DNA of 32,000 bases from Gemmata obscuriglobus. Lineage in GTDB: Bacteria > Planctomycetota > Planctomycetia > Gemmatales > Gemmataceae. The notes below the pieces were generated by a model. It did no database searches and had not been told where the DNA came from. It saw nothing but the letters and a program-made list of their open reading frames with translations. This document shows positions 25,283 to 32,000 of this stretch, piece after piece; the stretch's first letter is position 1, and each line of letters opens with the position of its first letter. Where the stretch lies: assembly GCF_008065095.1 (NCBI RefSeq), contig NZ_CP042911.1, positions 1,530,001 through 1,562,000 of the forward strand, read 5' to 3'. The position numbers and the translations under genes are program-made.

Positions 25283-25960
25283 TTAATGCAGGAGTCCCCT
25301 GTCTTTCAGGTACTTCAGCACCAGTTCCACGCCCTGTTCGGTGGTCTGGGCGGACGCGTCGAAGGTCAGCTCCGGGGCGAGCGGCGGTTCGTAGGGGGCG
25401 TCGATGCCCGTGAACTCCGCTTTTCTGCCCGGCGCCAACTGTGGCGCGGGCCTGCTTGTACAGCCCTTTCGGGTCGCGCCGCTCGCACGTCTCGATCGGG
25501 TGTTTACGTACACCTCAATAAACGGGACGGCGCCGGTCCGGTTCTGCTCGTGCGCCCGGCGGGCGGCGTCGCGGTCCTTGCGGAACGGGCTGATGAAACT
25601 GGTGAGCGCGAAGAGCCCGGCGTCCGCGAACAGCTTCGCCACCTCCCCGATGCGGCGGACGTTTTCCTCGCGGTCGGCGGCGGAGAACCCCAGGCCGAAC
25701 CGGTCGGCCTGTTCCGGGCCGTAGCCGCGGGTCTCGGCCAGAATTTTCGGCCCCGCGTTCAGCCCCAGGCGGACGTTGTCGCCGTCGAGCGTGTACGCCG
25801 CGTGCCCGTGCCGGATCAGCACCTGTTCGAGGGCCATCGCCAGCGTGGACTTGCCCGAGCCGGAAAGCCCGGTGAACCAGATGGTCGCGCCCGTTTGCTT
25901 CAGGAGCTGCGCCCGCTCCTCGCGGGTCACCGTGCCGGCGTGGAAGACGATGTTGGCCAT
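25283..25960 (-). CDS. cysC: Adenylyl-sulfate (APS) kinase
   Basis: 'IWFTGLSGSGKSTLA' (P-loop), 'LDGDNVR', 'FSAADREENVRRIGEVAKLFADAG', 'FISPFRKDR', 'FIEVYVNT', 'FTGIDAPYEPP'. The conserved [20 protein letters not shown] block is encoded in a different frame at 25443-25499 (see findings). Confidence 0.85.
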   Translation of the reverse strand: MANIVFHAGTVTREERAQLLKQTGATIWFTGLSGSGKSTLAMALEQVLIRHGHAAYTLDGDNVRLGLNAGPKILAETRGYGPEQADRFGLGFSAADREENVRRIGEVAKLFADAGLFALTSFISPFRKDRDAARRAHEQNRTGAVPFIEVYVNTRSRRASGATRKGCTSRPAPQLAPGRKAEFTGIDAPYEPPLAPELTFDASAQTTEQGVELVLKYLKDRGLLH

Positions 25961-26028
25961 AGCGCGTTCAGGGTGCCCGGCGTCGGTGGTTCGTCACAAG
26001 AGAAATCAGCTACCTTCAGTTTTAGGGC

Positions 26029-26132
26029 TTCGAGTCAAAAGTCCGATTGTCGAAAGTCGTAAGGTCACAAATTCAGTGGCAATCATGGTTTGTGGCTTTA
26101 CGACCTGCTGACCTCACGACTTTTGACTCGAA
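26029..26132. repeat. Extended imperfect palindrome (~105 bp) in the cysC-upstream intergenic region
   Basis: Outer arms are ttcgagtcaaaagtc (26029-26043) and gacttttgactcgaa (26118-26132). Inner arms are gtcgtaaggtca (26056-26067) and tgacctcacgac (26109-26120). The centre gtcgtaaggtcacaaa...tttgtggctttacgac is also self-complementary. Confidence 0.7.
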
Positions 26133-26175
26133 ACCCCAAGCTACGGCGCCGGCACCGGGCGCGATCGGCACCGCC

Positions 26176-27200
26176 TCACGGCCCGGCCACGTTGAACTCG
26201 CACGCGCGATCGGCCGGGGTGCTCACGGTGCGGCGGCCGCTGGCGTCGCTCAACTGAACGTGGATCGTGTACACCCCCGGGGCCGGCGGGGCGGAGAAGG
26301 CGTACCACACGTAAAAGTCCTGGAGCGGCGAGCGGGTCACGAACCGCTTCTCGAATTTGACGACCGGCGCCCGGCGGTGGTCATCGGTGGCGAGTTGGGC
26401 GACCACGTTACCTTTCGCGTCGCGGACCGCCCCGTGGACGTGGGTCAGGAACCCGTCCGGGGTGAGCTGGTGGCCCAGGTTGCGCAGCTCCAGGTAGAAG
26501 TGGACCCGCTCGTTGGGCCGGTAGTGGTTGGCCGTCGGGCGCTGGACGAACCGCCCGAACCCGGCCGGCTCGTTGGTGCAGAACGCGACCTTTTCGATTT
26601 TGAGGGCGGCCAGCGGTTCGAGCCGGCTCGCGGCGGCGCGCAGTTGGTCGGTGAGGGCGGCGGCGGTGGCGGGGTCGTTCGCGAGGTCGGCGCTGGCCCC
26701 GCGGGCCAGGATCGGCAGCACCCCAGCACGAACTCCTGCTGGTTCGGCTCCATCCGGCGGATGATCTCGATGGCCTGCTCGGGCCGCCCCTCACAGTGCG
26801 CGCGGACCGCAGACATCAGCGGCGGCTCGGCGGCACGAGCTGCTGCGTGAGCGGCGGAAACGCGGCCGGTTCGCCGCTGCCCGCCTTCAAGATGTTGGGC
26901 GGGACGGCAGGGCCTTTTTCGGGCGGCTTCTGCGCGGTGTTCGTGCTCGTCGTGGCGGGCGCCTCGGGCTTGGTCCGGACGACCTCCCCCGGCACCTTCG
27001 GCAGCACCGCGAACTGCGCCCGCGCGGGCTCGACGGCGGCCGGCGGGGCCGGATCGGCTTTCGCCGGCGGGGCCGGTTCGGCCTTGCGCCTCCGGCGGGG
27101 CGACCGGCCGCGGGCCGATGTGCGCGTCGACGTGAAGGCACGCCGACAGCGCCAGCGTGACCGGAGCCAGGAGAACGAGCAGCGACCGACACCCGGGCAT
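26176..27200 (-). pseudogene. Lipoprotein with a Pro/Ala-rich linker and conserved C-terminal domain; the reading frame changes three times (possible assembly artefact)
   Basis: 'MPGCRSLLVLLAPVTLALSAC' (lipobox LSAC, ATG at 27200). The plausible GC3-rich sequence then moves to another frame ('KAEPAPPAKADPAPPAAVEPARAQFAVLPKVPGEVVRTKPEAP...PLTQQLVPP'). It returns ('EPPLMSAVRAHCEGRPEQAIEIIRRMEPNQQEFVLG') and shifts again at the C4 run 26721-26724 into track ORF 26176..26721. Confidence 0.6.
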
Positions 27201-27339
27201 TCGTAACCCTCGACCGACCCGCGCGGGCACCGCGGGCGGGGCTCTCATAACGTCCGGCGGCGCCCGCGCCAATAGCACCGCCTTGTTGACGCCGCCCCCG
27301 GGGTGCCGTAATGTCGGGCGCACCTTCCAGGAGTTCCCC

Positions 27340-29590
27340 ATGCTCTCGCGTCGCGAAGCGCTCGCCCTTCCCGCCGCCGGCATTCTGGCCGGTCACCCGC
27401 TGCTCCACCACGCGCGGGCGGCCGACGGGGACGACCCGACCAAGGTGTTCACCGACGGCAAGAAGCCGACCGACATCCGGCTCGGGGCGCCGAAAACGCT
27501 CAACGACTACTTCCCCTTCGTGGTTCCCAAGACGAAAGAGGCGTGGGAGGCGCGGCGGAAACAGCTCCGCGAGCAACTGCTGGTCGCCACCGGGCTGTGG
27601 CCGGCTGCCGGAGAAGACCCCGCTGAACGCCGTGGTTCACGGGAAGATTGATCGGGGCGAGTACACGATCGAGAAGGTCTACTTTCGCCAGCACGCCGGG
27701 CCACTACGTTTGCGGGAACCTGTACCGCCCTGCGAACGGGAAAGCGACGAGAAGCGCCCCGGCGTCCTGTTCGCGCACGGGCACTGGGCCGACGGGCGGT
27801 TCCACGACGCCGGCGAGAAGGCCGCGAAGGCGAGCGTCGACGGCGGCGGCGAACCGGACCTGGACCGCGGCCGGTTCTTCATGCAGGCCCTGCCGGCCAC
27901 GCTCGCCAAGCTCGGGTTCGTGGTGTTCCAGTACGACATGCTCGGCTACGCCGACAGCACCGCCATCCCGCACGGGGCGGGCTTCCGGGACGCGGAGGCC
28001 GAGCTGCGGCTCCAGAGCCAGATGGGGCTCCAGACCTGGAACAGCGTCCGCGCGCTCGACTTCCTCGCCGCCCTGCCGGACGTGGACCCCAGGCGGCTCG
28101 GCATGACCGGGGCGTCCGGCGGCGGCACGCAGACGTTCATGCTCGGGGCCATCGACGACCGGCTGGCGTGCGCCTTCCCGGCCGTGATGGTGAGCACCGC
28201 GATGCAGGGCGGGTGCGTGTGCGAGAACTGCTCGCTGCTCCGCGTGAACACCGGGAACGTCGAGATCGCCGCGCTGTTCGCGCCCAAGCCGATGGCCTTC
28301 TCCTGCGCGAACGACTGGACGAAAGACTTCGTGCGCAAGGGGTACCCGGAGCTGGAGCGGCTCTACAAGCTGTACGACGCCGCCGACCGCGTGGACGCGA
28401 AGGAGTGGCTCCGGTACGGGCACCAGTACAACGTTCACGCCCGCGAGTTCATGTACTTCTGGATGCGCAACTACCTTCTGGGCAAGGAGGAGAAGGTCAA
28501 GGAGCCGGCCTTCAAGCCGGTCCCGCCGAAGGAGCTGAGCGTATTCGACGCCGCGCACCCGCGCCCGAAGGACGAACTCGACGCCAAGGCGCTCCGGGCG
28601 GCCATGTCGAAGGCCAGCGACGCCCAGATGGCGAAGCTGGTCCCCACGGACGCCGCGAGCCTGAAGGAGTTCCGGCGGGTGGTGGGCACCGCGCTGCGGG
28701 CGATGGTGAATAGTGACAAGCCGAAAGGTATTCTGCTGAGCGCTTGGACAGGTCGGTTCCCGACAGACCGTGGCGTTATCGCCCGCGTCGGTCCCCCTGA
28801 CTCAGGGCACACGTACAAAACGGCTGAACTGACAACCAAGCTCCCGAGCAGGATGACATCAATTCCGCAGGAGGCTGATTACTGGCACGGGGATCTTGTT
28901 CCATTTCATCAGGTCGAATCTCCAAAGGACACGGGGCAGTGGGTGGTATGGCTGCACCCGGCCGGCAACTCGAGCCTGTACGAAAAGGGGAAACTCGTCG
29001 CCCCGGCACAGGCGCTCGTAGATAAGGGGCTCAGCCTCTTCGCGATCGACGCGTTCGGAACCGGTGAACTCCGGAGCGACAAGTTCACGGCGGTTGACAA
29101 GGGGTACTCCGGCTACACCTTCGGTTACAACCGCTCGCTGCCGGCCCAGCGAGTACACGACACGCTGACTGCGATCTCCTTTATTCGTCGCACTTACATC
29201 AATGAGAAGCGGGTACTCGGCGGGAACGAAGAAGACGGGCTGCCGGTTCACCTCGTCGGGTGGGGCGAGTTCGGCCCGATCGCGGTCCTCGCCAAGGCCC
29301 TCGCGGGCGACGCGGTCGCGAAGACCGCGGCCGACCTCAACGGGTTCAAGTTCGAGGACATCAAAGACCCCGCCGACCCGATGCTGCTGCCCGGCGCCGT
29401 GAAGTACGGCGGGCTCGGCGCGTTCCTCGCGCTGTGCGCGCCCGGGGAGGTGTTGGTCCACAACCACAAGGACACCGGCACCGGGCAACTGTCCCGCGCG
29501 GCCTATGAGGCGGCCGGGGCGGCCAATAAGCTAACCCGCAGCGCCGACAAGCTCGACCCCGCGAAGGTGGTCGAGTGGCTGGTGAAGTAG
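27340..29590 (+). CDS. Tat-signal alpha/beta hydrolase (acetyl-xylan-esterase/dienelactone-hydrolase-like N-domain plus large C-terminal domain); three frame changes in the first 420 nt
   Basis: AGGAG at 27329-27333, then ATG at 27340: 'MLSRREALALPAAGILAGHPLLHHARA' (twin-Arg). After a shift near 27603 the sequence joins 'LPEKTPLNAVVHGKIDRGEYTIEKVYF'. The conserved 'STPGHYVCGNLYRPANGKA' is in a third frame (27687-27746). The main ORF follows with 'RPGVLFAHGHWADGRF' and the nucleophile elbow 'GMTGASGGGTQT'. Confidence 0.7.
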
Positions 29591-29613
29591 CCCGGGCCTC
29601 GCTGAAGGACGCC

Positions 29614-30646
29614 ATGAACCGCTCCCTACAGGTCGTCGGATCCGTGCTGGTGGCGCTGTGGCTGCGGACCGCGTTCTACACCGTGGACGCGGCCGAGTTC
29701 GTGTACGTCACCCGGTTCGGGGGCGCCCGTCGCGCTGCACGACGGCGCCCGCGGCGCCGGGCTGCACCTCAAGGCCCCGTGGCCGGTCGATTCGGTGCTC
29801 CGCATCGACCGGCGGTTGCAGTCGTTCGACCTGCCGGCGGTCGAGGCGCTGACCCGCGACCCGGTCACCCGCACGGTGGACAAGACCCTCGCCGTCGACG
29901 CCTTCGTCACCTGGCAGATCCCCGACGCCGCCGCCGCGGACCGGTTCGTGAAGACGGTCCGCACCCCCGAGCAGGCCCGCAAGCTGCTCGGGCCGATCAT
30001 CAACGGCCGCCTCGCCACCGTCATCAGCACCATGCCGATCGAGGACCTGATCGGCGTGACCGACACGCAGCTCACCCTCGCCGCGGTCGCCGGCGGCCCG
30101 ATCCTCGGGCTCCCGGAGTCGTCCTTCCGCGCCGACGACGTGCGGCTGATCGACGAGCGCAACGAGCGGGTGCGCCGCAAGCTGCTCGGGGCCGGCCCGG
30201 CCGACGACCTCCGCGCCAAGGCCCTGGAGGAGTACGGCATCCAGGTGATCGACGTCCGGGTGCGCCGGTTCAGCTACCCGAACGACGTGCGGGCCAGCAT
30301 CGCCGAGCGCATCCGCTCCGAGCGCGCCAAGAAGGTCGCCGAGTACGAGAGCGAGGGCCGCAAGCGGGCCGCGGACATCACCACCGACGCCGACCGCGCG
30401 GCCCGCATCGTGGAGGCCGACGCGCGGGCGCAGAAGACCGTGATCGAGGGCCAGGCCGCCGCCGACGCCGCCCGCATCCGCGCCGCCGCCTACGCCCAGG
30501 ACCGCGAGTTCTACCTGTTCCTCGAACAGTTGAAGTCGTTCCAGGCGATGCTGGCCGAGACCCGCGACACGCTGCTGCTGACCACCAAGCACCCGCTGCT
30601 GCGGATCATCCAGGGGCCGCCGACCGCCCCGCCCCCGCCGAAGTAA
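29614..30646 (+). CDS. hflC: SPFH/band-7 protein, HflC-like; one frameshift near the 5' end
   Basis: 'MNRSLQVVGSVLVALWLRTAFYTVDAAEFVYVTRFG' (TM plus start of the SPFH domain) is in the frame of track ORF 29575. It continues as 'APVALHDGARGAGLHLKAPWPVDSVLRIDRRLQSFDLP...' in the frame of track ORF 29795 if the G5 run 29719-29723 is read as G4. The coiled-coil 'ERAKKVAEYESEGRKRAADI...' is typical. Confidence 0.75.
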
Positions 30647-30700
30647 CGGCCCCGCGCCGACCACGGTCTCATTCACGATCCGGCTGGTTATGTCTATTTC

Positions 30701-30768
30701 TTGTGGCACAGACATTCCTGTCTGTGCAGCGCGAGAAGGCCGCACAGGCAGGAATGTCTGTGCCACAA
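30701..30768. repeat. 27-bp inverted repeat (26 of 27 positions pair) between the two SPFH genes; REP-like palindrome
   Basis: ttgtggcacagacattcctgtctgtgc (30701-30727) against gcacaggcaggaatgtctgtgccacaa (30742-30768), with a 14-nt spacer. Confidence 0.85.
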
Positions 30769-30833
30769 AGACGCCAACAACCGGAACCTGAATCAGGAAC
30801 GACGCCCGTTTCGCGCCACACGCCAGGAATGCC

Positions 30834-31772
30834 ATGTTCCGCGCTCGCAACGTCTTCCTCGTCGCGCTGGCCGCGTACCTGCTGACGGGCGTGTACCAGG
30901 TCGCCCCGGAGGAGCGCGCCGTGGTGCGCCGGTTCGGCGCCATCGTGTCGCACCCCGGGCCGGGGCTCGGCTTCGGGCTCCCGTGGGGCGTGGACCGCGT
31001 GGACCGCGTGCCCGTGCGCACCGTGCGGCAGCTCAAGCTCGGCTACGACCCCGAGACCGCCGCCGACGCCGCCGCCCCCGCCGGCCAGTTGCTCACCGGC
31101 GACCAGAACCTCGTCAACGTGCAGCTCGTGGTCGATTACGCGGTGGGCGAGACCGACCGGGACCTCGACGACTACGTGATCCAGCGCGCCGCCGTGGACC
31201 CGGCGCTGGCGCAAGCGGCCGAGGCCGCCGCCGCCGAGTGGGTGGCCGGCCGGACCGTCGATCAGGTGCTGCTGACCGGCCCCGGGGCGCTGCCGGCGTG
31301 GGTCATGGAGCGGCTCGCGGAACGGCTCCCGGACCTGCGGCTCGGGGTCCGGGTGCAGCGGGTGAGCGTGGCCCAGATCGCCCCGCCGGACGAGGTGCGG
31401 GCGGCGTTCGAGGCGGTCGCGCAGGCGCAGGCGGGCATCCGCACCAAGGAGTTCCAAGCCCAGCAGGAGCGCGAGCAGCGGCGGCAGCAGGCGGACGCGC
31501 TCCGCTACCGGCTCGGCCAGGAGGCGACCGAGTACCGCGAGTCGCAGTTGCGCCAGGCCGGCGCCGACGCCGACGATTTCCTGGCCCAGCTCGCGGCGTA
31601 CCGCGACGTGCGCAGCACCAACCCGGACGCGCTGGCGTTCCTGTGGTGGGACGAGATGCGCCGCACGATGCTCGCGCTGCGGGCGCGCGGCGGCACGGTG
31701 CGCCCGCTCGACCACCACCTCCAGAACGGCGAACTGAACCTGACCGAAGTCGTCCCGCTCCCGAAGCGCTGA
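30834..31772 (+). CDS. hflK: SPFH/band-7 protein, HflK-like
   Basis: An N-terminal TM helix 'VFLVALAAYLLTGVY', then 'ERAVVRRFG...GPGLGFGLPWGVDRV', 'QLLTGDQNLVNVQLVVDYAV' (HflK hallmark LTxDxNiVxV) and 'VRVQRVSVAQIAPPDEVRAAFEAV'. Confidence 0.8.
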   Translation: MFRARNVFLVALAAYLLTGVYQVAPEERAVVRRFGAIVSHPGPGLGFGLPWGVDRVDRVPVRTVRQLKLGYDPETAADAAAPAGQLLTGDQNLVNVQLVVDYAVGETDRDLDDYVIQRAAVDPALAQAAEAAAAEWVAGRTVDQVLLTGPGALPAWVMERLAERLPDLRLGVRVQRVSVAQIAPPDEVRAAFEAVAQAQAGIRTKEFQAQQEREQRRQQADALRYRLGQEATEYRESQLRQAGADADDFLAQLAAYRDVRSTNPDALAFLWWDEMRRTMLALRARGGTVRPLDHHLQNGELNLTEVVPLPKR

Positions 31773-31783
31773 TCGCCGTTCCC

Positions 31784-31808
31784 GCGCGGCACTTCCGGAA
31801 GTCCGCGC
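31784..31808 (+). terminator. GC-rich hairpin 12 nt after the hflK-like stop; possible terminator
   Basis: gcgcggcacttcc|ggaagtccgcgc forms a 12-bp stem with one bulged C. No trailing T-tract, so the intrinsic-terminator call is weak. Confidence 0.3.
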
Positions 31809-31949
31809 CGCGCCCGGGAGGCCCACCGGCGCCGATTCCCGCTCGCGGGGCGAAACCGCCTCCGGGAACCAATTTCGCCGCAAACCTCTTGTCGTAAACA
31901 TTTTGCGGAATGTCATTCGGTGCGGCCCTCCGTTCATTGTGATGCCCTG

Positions 31950-32000
31950 TGCGGGTTTTGCGGGCGCGATTCGGTGGTAGCGGTGCCCCAGCGAATCGCC
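31950..32000. repeat. Dispersed repeat, copy 2 (homologous to 17051-17110), truncated by the window end
   Basis: See copy 1. Identical blocks are cgggttttgcgggc and attcggtggtagcgg, then agcgaatcg. Confidence 0.6.

Noticed and set aside
31949-32000. GTGCG at 31949-31953 as the 5' end of a group II intron.
   Set aside because: The homologous copy at 17051 has TCTCC at that position. No reverse-transcriptase ORF or domain V-like hairpin follows copy 1. The match is a 5-mer only.

Overview
High-GC bacterial chromosomal segment. The gene content (zinc-ribbon/Pro-rich membrane protein, vanadium haloperoxidase, many palindromic intergenic elements) suggests a Planctomycetota (Gemmata-like) genome, but that is inference only. 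It reads as an accessory island. (1) Bases 1-6217 hold a same-strand, tightly coupled cassette: an SF1 helicase (partial), an ECF-type sigma-like protein, an orphan protein, a 1031-aa DEAD/DEAH helicase fused to a MrfA/DUF1998 zinc module plus a terminal zinc ribbon, and a second orphan. This is my best candidate for an undescribed defence or DNA-surveillance system. (2) Two complete IS elements follow directly: an IS5-family element with an 18-bp IR and a TCA target duplication, and an IS701-like element. (3) Next comes a vanadium-haloperoxidase / fungalysin-like protease / lipoprotein block. (4) An IS graveyard follows (ISKra4-like, IS66 and DDE_Tnp_4 remnants), with an orphan Imm49-type immunity gene, a 58-aa ORF missing from the ORF track, complex repeats and a solitary HNH nuclease. 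(5) The rest is a large membrane protein, a frameshifted ISAs1 element, and housekeeping-like genes (alpha/beta hydrolases, cysC, hflC/hflK-like). Several of these need +1/-1 frame changes, about half at homopolymer or doubled-base runs, to restore conserved motifs. I suspect these are assembly indel errors rather than true pseudogenes. No rRNA, tRNA or CRISPR array was found. All calls come from reading translations and motifs by eye; no database search was run.
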